64,000 nt of DNA from Octopus sinensis (lineage: Eukaryota): assembly GCF_006345805.1 (NCBI RefSeq), contig NC_043018.1, positions 29,450,001-29,514,000 on the forward strand. Direction: 5' to 3'. Position numbers and translations under genes: made by a program. Positions 12,721-25,085 of this stretch are shown here, one piece after another. Each line of letters starts with the position of its first letter. The first letter of the stretch is position 1. Below the pieces are notes generated by a model that was not told the origin of the DNA, made no database searches, and saw only the letters and a program-made list of their open reading frames with translations.

Positions 12721-13429
12721 TTTTCTATAACTGTAATAAATTACCAACATTTCATTATATGGCATTAATCACCGTTAATCAGAGTACAACGTATAGTGTA
12801 ATGCCAATGGTTTTAGGCCATGACATAAATTAACAATACGGCTCTATCAATTGTTTAGTGTCAATCTCCTCAGATACTTGGGAAAACAGACACCGGATAT
12901 TTAAACGTAATGAAATACAAGGTAAAGACTAGTGTTCCACGAGACGATTCTAGGTGTGCCACTGTATAACCTGAATAATTTTCCCCTATACTTTTAGTTA
13001 TGTTTTTAGTTCAGATGTTCTGCTGAATTTTGAAATGAATATGTGTACCGCAAGTGATAAATGGTTGCGGAGCACTGCTTCAACTCGACTTACAATTCAT
13101 CGTAGGTTATATCAGACACTCTTATAATTCCTGTTCAGAATTATACTAAATATATAGAAATTGTACACGAAATTATTCTTTCTGCTTGTATTAGACAACT
13201 AGCAGGCAGAATCGGCAGCAGGCCGGACAAAAATGCATAGCGGAACGGCATTTTTTCCGGATACATTACGATTCCAGTTTATATTTCGCTGAAGATGACT
13301 TTACCGTTCATCGCTTCTGAGTCGATAAAATTAAAACCCTTGGATCATCGTAATCGATTCTTACACCTGTCCCCACATTTTAGGCCTTATACCTAGAGGA
13401 GAAAGAAATATCGTTAGTGTCTCGAAATG

Positions 13430-13650
13430 AGGCGGTGAGCTGGTAGAATAGTTAGCACTCCGGGCAAAATATTTTGCGGTGTTTCGTCTATCTCCACGTT
13501 CTGGGTTCAAGATCCATCGAAGTTGACTTTGGTTTTTATCCTCTCGGGGGTTGATAAATTAAGTACCAGTTATACACTGGGGTTGATGTAATCGACTAGA
13601 AATTCTTCCCCAAAATTCCTAACCTTCGTCAAACTTTGAAACCATTATCA
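13430..13650 (+). mobile_element. SINE family A, diverged
   Basis: gaggcggtgagctggtagaatagttagcac head and central block. Confidence 0.8.
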
Positions 13651-14140
13651 GCTTCTGTACATAATTTTGATTACGGAATCTCAAATACTATACTGTCACT
13701 GTTATCCCAGGTTAGAGATGGTTGATCAGACAGACTTATGATTCAATGGACTTTAGATATAACCATTCTGTTATTCCCATGGCCGAAGGGTGTTTGGCTA
13801 TATGCTGAAGAATGTGAACGAATTTTGAAGGTGATTTGTGGAAATATGAGGAAGGTGTGCTAGTTGCATTTAACAGGGTAAACAGACGCGTTGTTGTTCC
13901 ATTTCGCTGGTTTGGAAAAACATAATCGTTGACTGTACTATGACTGTTTCTTGGGTTTAAAAAATGGTAAGGAAAATCCCAACTTCTAAACAAGTGGACT
14001 CCATTCACCGGGCCACAGGTCAGTACCGGGCTACACAGAAAGAATAAGTTTTAAAAAATTATATTCCTATTTCATTGAATATCGCACACTGCAAGTTTAT
14101 TTTTTTTTGCATTATATTTGAATGATATATGTATTATATA

Positions 14141-14437
14141 TCACCGTGACCGAGTAGGCTATCAGATGTTGCTACACATCGCTAATCACAATGCGCTTTG
14201 CATTGTTTTAGCCTGAAAGTGACGCCACCCCGCTGGCTAAGCGAGCAGGCCAACAGAAGAAAGAGTGAGAGAAAGTTGTGGTGAAAGAGTACAGCAGGGA
14301 TCGCCACCCACCCCTGCCGGAGATCGTGGCGCTTTTAGGTGTTTTCGGTCAATAAACAGTCACAACGCCCGGTCTGGGAATTGAAACTACGATCCTACAA
14401 ACACGAGTCCGCTGCCCTAACCACTGGACTATTGCGC
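14141..14437 (-). mobile_element. tRNA-derived SINE family C
   Basis: Minus strand starts gcgcaatagtccagtggttagggcagcggactc..gtttcaattccc (tRNA-like); a similar copy lies at 62903-63204. Confidence 0.85.
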
Positions 14438-14656
14438 TTACACGTATTACATATGTAATATTTAAATTGTATATCATGCATCATATTTTGTTATGCGAGT
14501 ATTTAACCGATCCGAAGAAAATTGTCTTGCATGAAACCTGTCTGTGTTGCCCCCCGGCCCCAAAAGGTTTGGTGACCAGCTCTAAACCTTCTTCATGGAT
14601 TTTATGCCACAACAAAAGGAAACGTTATTAAATACCTTTGTTGTTTTAAAAGTATG

Positions 14657-15082
14657 GGATCTTTTCAGTTTGAACGGCAGTTTGTAACATAATTTCTAGG
14701 TAACTAAAACATTTTAAACTTCGTATACTGGTAGAATGTGTTTATAAAACATCTTTTTCTCTTGGCTTTATTTAAAAAATTCTATAGTTTGTAAGATATT
14801 TGTTGTTTTTTTTCTTCATTTTCTGCAATTTCAACCAATCAATGACGTGTATTGAGGTTATAAACATTCCGTGCCGTATGAATATGTCCCTCGTTTAAGA
14901 AACAGATTGGGTTTATTTACATTTGTGAAGAAAAAAAGATATCCTTCCCCCCACCCCTAACCCTAACCCTAACTAACCCTAAAACAGATTGAAATGCAAT
15001 AGATCGATACTAGGGTCATAATTATGGGTGACAATTTCATTTGACAGCGCTAGAAAAAACTGCTGTTCAAGCCGAAAGATCT
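14657..15082. mobile_element. MITE copy 2 with (CCCTAA)n tract
   Basis: Same TIRs; TSD aaagtatg / gaagtatg; ccctaaccctaaccctaactaacccta at ~14955-14982. Confidence 0.9.
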
Positions 15083-15699
15083 GAAGTATGTAGCATTGAA
15101 TGTGTCATTTATTCAGTCGTGTACTTATGACGTATTCCAACAAATTTTCTTAAAGAAATTTTCTAAAGTTTTCCTGAATCACACTGCAGCAGGTCCATAC
15201 ATAGCAAATTCATCACCATATAGCTTCAAGAAAAGACAAATTCAGCAAACATCTGAGGTTTTTTTTTTTTTTAAACTAAAGTAAAAAGAAATAAAATATA
15301 TAAAAACAAAGTTAAAATAAATATTTTACTGATTCCACTCACATCTTATTCAAATTCCAAGATTATATTATTTTTGCTCAGAGGCACTTATAGGGAAATT
15401 TACAGATGTTATTACCAAGAGTGTAGTACAAGATAATTAAGAAATCTTGTCTTCAGAGGACGAGACATCGATAATCATAAAGATTTTATCTTGCCCCGGG
15501 CTAGTTCTTTCATTTGATGTTCTTCCCTTTCTGCTCTTCCAATATCTTTTTTCAATAATTATAATTACTTTTTCTCTCATTAGAAAATACATCAAACGTC
15601 ACAATTAGTTAAACTTGATGATATTATGTCATTTGGTCACGTTCTTCACATGTTAAGTTCCTATATGTCCGCTGTTGACTGAACCTTTTAGCTTTTACG

Positions 15700-16220
15700 T
15701 ACCGATGAAATCAGAAGCTATCAAATTGGAAGTTCGAATAAATATATTTATTACATTTCTGTTTGAGCTCCGATTTTGAGCCTGAGCCTATTTGACACAA
15801 GCCTCCACATTTTGTAAGTGGGGCGAGTGTTTTAAATCGACCCTGATGTAAGAAACAAAAGCGGTGTGTCGACAGAATCGTTATACCCATGAAATGAGAA
15901 GTAGTCAGATTGAAGGTTTAGATAAATATATTTATTACGTATCAGTTTGATTTCTTGTTTCGAGCCCGTTTCTTAAATTGGCAACGAGCCTACATATTTT
16001 GTAAGTGGGATCGAATCTTTTAAACAGACCCTAGTTTAATAGACAAAAGTGGCGTGACGACTTATACCGGCGAAATCGGAAGTAATAAATTGAATGTATG
16101 AATAAATATATTTATTAGGCCTCCGTTTGATCTCTAGTTTTGAGCCTATTACTTATATTGACACAAGCCTCCATATTTTTTGTGTGGGGTTGAGTCTCTT
16201 AAACAAACCTTAGTATAAGA
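15700..16220. repeat. Three diverged tandem units of ~183 bp
   Basis: gaaatc(a/g)gaag..aataaatatattt anchors at 15707, 15891 and 16072; ttgacacaagcctcca recurs in units 1 and 3. Confidence 0.8.
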
Positions 16221-17034
16221 AGGCGAGTTGGCAGAATCGTTAGAACATCGTATAAAATGCTAAGCGACATTTCTTCTGGATCTTTATGTTCTGAGATCAA
16301 AACACGCCAACGGCAACATTTTATTTACGTGGAATCGAGGTTGATAAAATAAATATAGTGCTCGTCATCTACTGGGGATGATGTGATTAACTTATCCCTC
16401 CCCTCAAAAATTACTGGTTCCGAACTCTACAATGCACCAGTGTCCGGTTCACTAATATGCCATTGAAGCCGGATAGTAGTCCTTGTGAGTCCGAGAGCGC
16501 AAGCAAACGAAAATTACTTAAAACAACAACCGGTATTTTAACAGGCAGCCTATCATAAATTGATTGGGCTCCCCATGCTGTCTAGAACATTATCTCCAGC
16601 AGGACTATGAAAATATAAGAACAAAAAGCTATAACACTAAATTATGTCAGGTACTTTTAATTCAACGCCCCACCGTTTCAGTCATCCACCAACCTAATTT
16701 CACTAATAAAACTTCTTACGTTTGATACAATCATAATTTATGAGGAAGTGGTAAAGAGTCGTCATATATACGGTCATATACCCTAATATGATAGGAACTT
16801 ATCCTATAATGTCCTGGGTATTGCTTTAAAGTGCATTTGGTAGGAGGGCCCTGACTCCGGAGTTTCAGGGATCTTCGAGGAATGTCGGACAACCACTTAG
16901 CTACTGTTATTCTCAAGTCTACTCTGACCCTGAGCAATAGCGCCTACCAGGAGCCCAGATCTGAATTAGTACGTCATGCTATAGAATTGCCTCGAAGTTC
17001 ACCCACAGCTACCCCAGCCGATCACCTAAGGACC

Positions 17035-17356
17035 CCCTTTGGTCACGAACGACTATGGGATTGCACCTAGCAAGCTTCCCTCCGAGGTACAAGTCCGGGC
17101 AAAGTTGTTTATGGAAGACCAGCAATCAGCCATGCATACCAGACTCCCCTCTCCACATCACCGATGTTATCCAAGGGAAAGGTAAAGACCGATACGGCTT
17201 GGTACCCGTAACGTCGCAACTTATTTCTACAGCTGAGTGAACTGGAGTAACGTGAAATAAAGTGTCTTCCTCAAGAACACGACACACAACCCGGTCCGGA
17301 AATCGAACTCACTACATCATGATTGTGAACCCAACGCTCTAACTACTGAGCCATGC
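17035..17356 (-). mobile_element. SINE family B with longer 3' part
   Basis: tRNA head and central domain, then a 3' segment ending aggtgcaatcccatagtcgttcgtgacc; a similar copy lies at 47400-47715. Confidence 0.8.
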
Positions 17357-17889
17357 TCACCCAAGAGAAGGCAACTCCTCTATACAAATCCTCCATTCTG
17401 ATGACTGGAATTGTGGCTTTTATAGTACCAAACCATTACAAGTTTGAAGGACGAGAACGTTCAACTGGCTCAGCACAAACCATGCTCACTATACAGAAAT
17501 GCCCATTGTGGGGTTTGCTCAGCTTTCTTTCGTAAACCCTCAATCGCTGCAGCGACGAAAAAGTCGTCATCACTTATTCTCTAATATTCCGGTAAGATTT
17601 GAAACCATAATCTAGGTTTTAACAACATACAATTTACAAATCCACAAATTCTGCTAAACTGCGCTTCTACATTTTGTTACGCATTTAAATTGTAAAAAAA
17701 AAGTATATTGGAAAATAACAAAACTAATAACAAGACTAATAAAAAAATTCATCACAATCTGAATATTTTCGTTGTACTTTAGTTTTTCTTTCTTTCCTTC
17801 TTTCCCCCTCTCTCTACCAACTGTCCTTCACTCTCTCCCCCTTTCCCTCACTTTCACTTTTCTTTTATCTCCCCCTCACTCATACACTA

Positions 17890-18299
17890 CATATATGTAC
17901 GTGTTTGTGTTCGTACATATGCATGTATGTATGTATGTATGTATGTATGTATGTATGTATGTATCTATGTACGTATGTATGCGTGTATGAATGTGTGTGT
18001 GTATGTATGTATGTACGTATGTATGCCTGTATGTATGTGTGTGTGTATGTATGTATGTATGTATGTGTGTGTATGTATGTATGCATGTATGTATGTATGT
18101 ATGCATGTATGTATGCGTGTATGTATGTATGTATGTATGTATGTATGCATGTATGTATGTATGTATGTATGTATGTATGTATGTATGTATGCATGTATGT
18201 ATGTGTGTGTATGTATGCATGTATGTATGTATGTATGTAAGTATGTATGTATGCATGTATGTATGTGTGTGTGTATGTATGTATGTATGTATGTATGTA

Positions 18300-18332
<33 letters not shown>

Positions 18333-18559
18333 ATGCATGTATGTGTGTGTGTATGTATGTATGTATGTATGCATGTATGCATGTATGTATGTATGTATGT
18401 GTGTGTATGTATGTATGCATGTATGTATGTATGTATATGTATGTATGTATGCATGTATGTATGTGTGTGTATGTATGCATGTATGTATGTATGTATGTAA
18501 GTATGTATGTATGCATGTATGTATGTGTGTGTGTATGTATGTATGTATGTATGTATGTA

Positions 18560-18592
<33 letters not shown>

Positions 18593-18885
18593 ATGCATGT
18601 ATGTGTGTGTGTATGTATGTATGTATGTATGCATGTATGCATGTATGTATGTATGTATGTGTGTGTATGTATGTATGCATGTATGTATGTATGTATATGT
18701 ATGTATGTATGCATGTATGTATGTGTGTATGTATGTATGTATGTATGTATGTGTGTATGTGTGTGTGTGTATGTATGCATGCATGTATGTATGTGTATAT
18801 GTATGTATGTATGTATGTATGTGTGTGTATGTATGTATGCATGCATGTATGTATGCATGTATGTATGTGTGTGTGTGTGTATGTG
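17890..18885. repeat. ~1-kb (TATG)n/(TG)n array with an internal 260-bp duplication
   Basis: Rare variant gtaagtatg at ~18238 and ~18498; ORF-track peptides starting at 18247 and 18507 begin identically. Confidence 0.92.
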
Positions 18886-19059
18886 GCAGAAGATTTAAGA
18901 AATTGCTTCGCATCGGTAGTTTCTTGATGTGAACCCATCTGATGAAACGTTTCAATTGTAAGCGCCATTCTGCCAATAAAAATGTACTATAGTTCACTCA
19001 CTATTATTAACTTTCATTCCCGCTTTCTATATCGACCCATCCATTCATCCATCCAAAAC

Positions 19060-19079
19060 CTATCTACCTATCTATCTAC

Positions 19080-19155
<76 letters not shown>

Positions 19156-19206
19156 ATGTCCATCTGTCTATTTATCTATCTATCTATCTACCTATCTATC
19201 TATCTA
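19060..19206. repeat. (TATC)n microsatellite, left of the Tx1 insertion
   Basis: Direct reading. Confidence 0.95.
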
Positions 19207-20044
19207 GGGGTTTAGTGGAGGGGAGGTACGACGACGAGCTAGGGGCGAACCTGGACGTCGACGAGGAGTACCTGACCCGCCTGTTCGGGACGACTTTCGG
19301 GCCAGGGCCCATGGACAACTTCCAGAGATCCCTGGCCTGGCAGTGCTACCGAGAAGCGCTACCCGTTCGGGATAAGCTCTACAGACACGGCTCGAGAAAC
19401 ACGGGGCCGACCTGCCCGAGATGCGGTCAGAGCGACGAAACCGTTCTGCACGCACTCGTTCAGTGTCCAACAATTTCCGACCTGTGGGCTTATGTCGAAC
19501 AACTGCTGTCACGTGTGGGACGAGTCGGTTTATCAGCTGAGTCTATCGTCAATATTGTCACGCCTCCTTCCTTCAAACGGGAAGGAAGAGCTATTTTCAT
19601 CATCCTTGTGGCTATGGCGAAAGAATGTATCTGGTGGACGCGTCTGAAAGGATTGGAGACAAACACTTTCCTCTCTGGTCAATCTCTCATCAACTTCTTC
19701 AAGTACCACTTGAAAAGGAAAGTGAGAGTAGAGAGGCAAGTTTTGTCTAGCGAATGTTTTAAAAAAAGATGGGTGAATGTAGCAAGAATGGCACGTATGA
19801 ATGACGAAGCCACCTTGAGCATAGTCCTATGAACCCAGAAATCGAAAACAGAGAGTTGCTTATTTGCAAAAAAAAAAAAAAAAAAAAAAAAAAGAAATAT
19901 AAAATGTGACTTCATTGACCGAGGTTACCGTGGTCTTTTCTGCAGGCTTTTCTTTCCACGGGTAAACCTCACCTGTCCTCCCCTTTACACTTCATATTGA
20001 CATTTCTGTGATAACGATCCCTATTGATCATTTTTTTTTCCTCT

Positions 20045-20076
<32 letters not shown>

Positions 20077-20138
20077 CCCCCCTTATTTTTGTCCTCTTTC
20101 TCTCCTTTTACGATCCCTTTTGATCGAACCTCCCCCTT

Positions 20139-20177
<39 letters not shown>

Positions 20178-20247
20178 CCTTCAAAAGAAAAGCTCTACCT
20201 TGTAATTTGTTCTATCTGTGTGCAGCCCTGTGTGGCTAATAAAGAAA
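19207..20247 (+). mobile_element. 5'-truncated Tx1/L1-clade non-LTR retrotransposon, young copy
   Basis: Stop-free ORF2 C-terminus, ~415-bp 3' UTR with A and T tracts, aataaa at 20238; the same interrupted TATC sequence occurs at both junctions. Confidence 0.88.
19215..19832 (+). CDS. ORF2 C-terminal fragment with zf-RVT zinc-binding motif
   Basis: LAWQCYREALPVRDKLYRHG..CPRCGQSDETVLHALVQC (CxxC..H..C) is typical of L1/Tx1 ORF2; the frame is open from the 5' junction. Confidence 0.88.
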   Translation: MEGRYDDELGANLDVDEEYLTRLFGTTFGPGPMDNFQRSLAWQCYREALPVRDKLYRHGSRNTGPTCPRCGQSDETVLHALVQCPTISDLWAYVEQLLSRVGRVGLSAESIVNIVTPPSFKREGRAIFIILVAMAKECIWWTRLKGLETNTFLSGQSLINFFKYHLKRKVRVERQVLSSECFKKRWVNVARMARMNDEATLSIVL

Positions 20248-20249
20248 CA

Positions 20250-20329
20250 TATCTATCTATCTATATGTCCATCTGTCTATTTATCTATCTATCTATCTAT
20301 TTATCTACCTATCTATCTATCTATTTATC

Positions 20330-20400
<71 letters not shown>

Positions 20401-20401
20401 A

Positions 20402-20452
<51 letters not shown>

Positions 20453-20467
20453 ATATATATATATATC

Positions 20468-20498
<31 letters not shown>

Positions 20499-20512
20499 CC
20501 ATCTATCTATTA
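20250..20512. repeat. (TATC)n microsatellite, right of the Tx1 insertion
   Basis: Direct reading. Confidence 0.95.
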
Positions 20513-20710
20513 TCTGTGTACGAATATATGTGTGTTTGTATATGTGTGTGCATCTGTGTGGGCGCGTGGGCACGCGTATGAATGTGATCGCTCCTGTGTG
20601 TGCACACCCGTGCGTATGTGCGCGTGTGTCAGTTGTAGGGGTTCGAAGGAGTAGAAGGAAGCCAGTGTCTGCTGCACAGTGGAATGCTGTCAGAGTAAAG
20701 AGAACTAAAA

Positions 20711-20747
<37 letters not shown>

Positions 20748-21497
20748 TTCTTGCCCTCTACTTTCCTTTCTCTCTTATACACACACACATTCACGCATTT
20801 ACAAAATACCACCTCGTTAAGAAAAACACAGCCAAAACAACTAAACAAAAGGCATAAATGTCAGTTAAAACCCACAATTAAATCAACAATGAAAAGCAAA
20901 CGGAAAAACACTCAGAGAACAAGTGTGCAAAAATATCAAAAGAAACTGGAAAATCAACAACTACAAGAAACGGAAAAACGACATTAGAAAAAAAACAACA
21001 ACAAAAACACCATCACCACCAGCAACAACAACAACAATAACAACAATGGCATCAACATTTACATAAAACCTCATTTTATAAACTTCACGTTTTTAAGCAA
21101 AAACAACGTTGAGGTTGATAATGTTCCTAACGAAATAAAACAGAACATACTAATAGGAAGCTTTTGAAGCATCAGAAAATAAACTTCTGTTCAAAATGTC
21201 GCTAGAAGTCTATTTTATCCTTACAAAAGGTTTTCCTTCGGGCAGAGAATTTTTCCTGTGATGAAGCAGAGAAGAACTTTTTGTAGGGCTTCATTCTAGG
21301 AAGCCCTTCCTGTTAATAAGAACAGGTTCTGTTTTATCTCAATTGCTGGACCTGGTCCATCGAAGCTGTCTACGTTCAACCCTGAGCATCTCTTTACCAG
21401 AACAGAATGGGAAATGTAGAAGTTACGAGAAGACAATGCATGGGAAGTTTGTAGGATATGGTGAAGACGCGGTGGATATGATTTGCTAGTCGCGTGC

Positions 21498-22053
21498 TTC
21501 GATTACTGCAAGGGAGACAGGGTACCATCGCGATCGAGTGGACTCCGGAAGGAGGAAAGGGATCGGGTGGTAAACCAGGGAAGACATGACACAGCTCTTT
21601 CTGAGGGATATTATAGCGTTGATAGCCTGAGTGGAGCTAGGAGGAAGATGAGCAAATGGGCTGTCTGGAGAAGGCTTCCTGCCCCATGTGCTGACAGCGC
21701 TGGAGGGTTTAAGAGCTAAGAGAGTATATTCTTCAATGCTTCTGAACAGAGTTGTACAACGCTTCTGAACCACTTCGATTACTGCACGGGAGACAGGACA
21801 CCATCGCGATCGAGTGGACTCCGGGAGGAGGAAAGTGATCGGATGGTAAACCAGGGAAGACGTGACACAGCTCTTTCTGAGGGATATTATAGCGTTGATA
21901 GTTGGCCTGATTGGAGCTAGGAGGAAGATGAGCAAATGGGCTGTCTGGAGAAGGCTTCCTGCCCCATGTGCTGACAGCGCTGGAGGGTTTAAGAGCTAAG
22001 AGAGTATATTCTTCAATGCTTCTGAACAGAGTTGTACAACGTTTTTGAACCAC
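21498..22053. repeat. Tandem duplication of ~278 bp of unique-looking sequence
   Basis: ttcgattactgca..ctgaaccac at 21498-21773 and 21774-22053, with a few substitutions and a 4-bp indel. Confidence 0.93.
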
Positions 22054-22190
22054 TTCATAATTCTCGACCATATTATACAGCATATCTCGACAAGGATGTA
22101 CAACGTTTCTCAATCAAATTATAGATTTCTCGACAAGATTATGCAACAATTTTTGACCAGGTTATACAACCCTTCTTGGCCAGGTTATAC
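22030..22190. repeat. Degenerate ~22-bp minisatellite (gttgtacaacgtttctcgacca-like)
   Basis: Recurring tacaac..tcgac/tgacca units. Confidence 0.6.
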
Positions 22191-22479
22191 AAAGTGATAC
22201 TCTAAGTTTCTCAACCCAACATAGTTGTACTCGCATTTCGTTTTACAGCCGTAGGTGCTTTGAGTCATCTTACTTCTCAAATCGCGTGTTTAGCGGCAGG
22301 CATTTTTTTCCTGCGTGGTTACATACGCTTTCCAGACGACCACAAACTGTGTGTATACTTAGCTGTTTCATGAGGATTGCAGTCCTTGTTCAAGGGAAGA
22401 TCAAAATTTAGAGCGTGTAAACTGTTTCCACCTGCAATATCAGGCGCTCAAGAATTCTAACAGTCGGAAAATGGAGCCG

Positions 22480-22600
22480 GTATACCATTCTAAAGAGGAT
22501 CTATTATGGTACATTCTAAAGGGATCTATGGTACATTCCAAAGAGCGTCTATTATGGTACAATTTAAAGAGGATTTATGTTATATTCTTAAGAGGACCAG
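22480..22600. repeat. ~26-bp minisatellite (tatggtacattctaaagaggatctat), about 5 units
   Basis: Direct reading. Confidence 0.8.
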
Positions 22601-22988
22601 TGTGAAAGAACCACAATGATCTCGGAAGGATAGTGAACATCATATAAGTGTAACGGACCATATCACCCAGGAGGATTTTAAATTTATAATTTAACCATTT
22701 TATCTCTCACTTGATTCAGTAACTTGTCTGCGCCATGCTGGGGCACCACTGAGAAGGGTTTAGCCGAGCTAATCAGCAGCCCCATTTTTTCAGTCTAGTA
22801 CGTAAATTATCTTTTGCCGACCCACAAAATTACGTGGACGTGCACAAACCAACACTGGTTGCCAAGCGATGGTGAGGGATAAACAAACAAAAACACCAAA
22901 CACAACGAAGTACATATAAATATACATGCACATCTATATACATATATACACACTCGTATACACATACGCACATACACATTTGTAAATA

Positions 22989-23220
22989 CAGAGGCGCGTG
23001 GCGTCGTAGTTAGGGACGTTGCTCTCATAGTCGTAAGACTGAGGTTTCGATTCCAGGACTGAGTGATTCATTTTTGCTGTTGAACAAAACCAATTCGTTT
23101 TATCTTGCTTCAGTTCACTCAGCAGACAGAAATGAATATTCCGGCGACAGACCGCCAATGGGGAGTATATATACCACAAATTCGGCAAACCGGTCTTGTG
23201 AGCCTTTGGTTCAAGGGAGA
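22989..23220 (+). mobile_element. SINE family B-like, diverged
   Basis: gaggcgcgtggcgtcgtagttagg head, ggtttcgattcc B box, cttcagttcactcagc block. Confidence 0.65.
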
Positions 23221-23354
23221 CATTCGATATATATATGGATATACATACAGGCGCATACAAATATATACAAATATATACATATGGGTGTGTATGTGTGTGT
23301 GTGTATGTGTGTACATGTGTATGTTGGTATGTACGTAAGCATGTATATATCTTT

Positions 23355-23925
23355 TATGTCAGGTCACTTTCGAGTGCTACCGGTAACATGTAATCCAGTA
23401 CAACCTGTTGCATGGTCGGGTCGTCGGCGACTAAACCGGCGACCCCACCAAGCTTGCTTGGTGAGGAGTGTGTTTACTGGACACCCTGCGGGATGAAAAA
23501 CAAAGCCCGTCAAAGGGCGGAGGAACTCTTGAGAGTTAACGGCCATCTAATAAATGTCTTAAGGTTGTATCATGCGCGGGGACATAGAAATAATCGGACT
23601 GAATACCCGATCGCGCGGTTAAACCATTGGGAGTGAAGGACTCCTAGCCTTTGTTAGGAAATCCTTCTAGGAGAAGGTAACTCAGGTAACTGGGATAAGT
23701 CCGACATAAAACCAGCGGCTCAGTGGTTACCGATGATGTTGACCTGTTCTTCTTTTCGGATTATGGCTGCTGTTGCTTAGTGAGTGGGATTGACTCAGTG
23801 CACAGCTTTTCCTCACTTTAAAAAAGTATTCTTGCATAGGCATTGCACAATAACAACATTGATTAAGCTTCGTGCAATGGCCATACTCGATAACGAGGGG
23901 GCAGCCACCATATATCTTTTATATA
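23355..23925 (+). mobile_element. Structured GC-richer non-coding segment, possibly a LINE (RTE-like) 5' UTR
   Basis: Consecutive hairpins ggtcgtcgg/ccggcgacc, caccaagc/gcttggtg and gccc/gggc; the family assignment is from memory only. Confidence 0.35.
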
Positions 23926-24639
23926 GCTGAATCATTTGACCGCGACCATGATGAATCATCACCTTCAGTATCACATACCAATATCGTTGTCCATCGGGCT
24001 TTTCCTTTCTTAAACCATTGTACTTACCCTACTTTGTTTTAGAAGTATATCTTAGCAATGCGTCGGCCTTTTTGGCAAATCAAAGAAACACTTTTCATCT
24101 GTTTAATAAAATGTGATTTATTAATATTATTATTATTATCATCATTATTATTTTCATTAATATTATTATTATTATTTTCTAATAATTTCTTTGCACTACT
24201 CTTGATATTTATATTCAATTTATTGCTACTGAAATTTGCAACAATATTTTACTAAAACGTATTTAAAATATGGGCAATATTAATGATGATGATGATGATA
24301 ATACAAAGAACAAAATTGAAACAACAACAACAGCAACAACAATACAGAAGGCACATCAAAAAGTACTTTTATGTGTAATAATGCGATGAACCAATATATT
24401 ATAATGTTTGTCTTTATTTCGGCTGAAGTTTTCTTTTAAGGTGAATCATCACCGCCTCGCCCATCCCCACCTGATGCACATCTATTGAAGAATTTGCTGA
24501 ATTTGTTGATCAATAGATTTGAAGAGAGAAAGAGAGAGGAAAGGAGAGAGCAAAAGGCAGACAGACGGACAAAGAGTTGTAGAGGTTTAATGAGAAGCAG
24601 CAAATAGTCGTAGAAATGGAGAAAGGCATTGTAATGGAT

Positions 24640-24690
24640 ATGGATATATATATATATATATATCTACGTGTGTATATGTAAATATGTATA

Positions 24691-24723
<33 letters not shown>

Positions 24724-24739
24724 GTATGCATATATATGC

Positions 24740-24772
<33 letters not shown>

Positions 24773-25022
24773 CATATAAACACGTATATATATATATACG
24801 TGTTTATATGTAAATATATACATATATGTATGCATATATATGCATATATATGTATACATATATATGCATATATATATATATATGTGTGTGTGTGAGTATG
24901 TGTATGTATGTAGGAATATGTGTCGGTGTGTGTGCATGTGTGAATAAATATATGTATGTATATATATGCATGTATATGTATATACATACAGATATATATA
25001 TATATATATACATGCATTTGCG

Positions 25023-25080
<58 letters not shown>

Positions 25081-25085
25081 CAAAG
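24640..25085. repeat. Compound (TA)/(TATG)/(TG) microsatellite
   Basis: Direct reading. Confidence 0.92.

Noticed and set aside
13736-14008. Possible degraded CR1/L2 RT domain 1-2 on the minus strand
   Set aside because: The similarity (W..ASVYPVK, PSSY) is too weak to support.
18890-18963. Micro-exon candidates next to the TATG array (FLDVNPSDETFQL; EWRLQLKRFIRW)
   Set aside because: Splice-like sites this short occur by chance on both strands; they cannot be resolved without transcripts.
17876-18997. Long ORFs of 300-370 aa (HTYI/MYVC repeats)
   Set aside because: They are translations of the TATG/CATA microsatellite, which lacks stops in several frames; the same applies to most YI, LSIY, poly-I and poly-L ORFs in the track.
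20625-21100. Initiator-like tcagtt followed by an A-rich leader
   Set aside because: No sustained ORF follows and the motif is too common.
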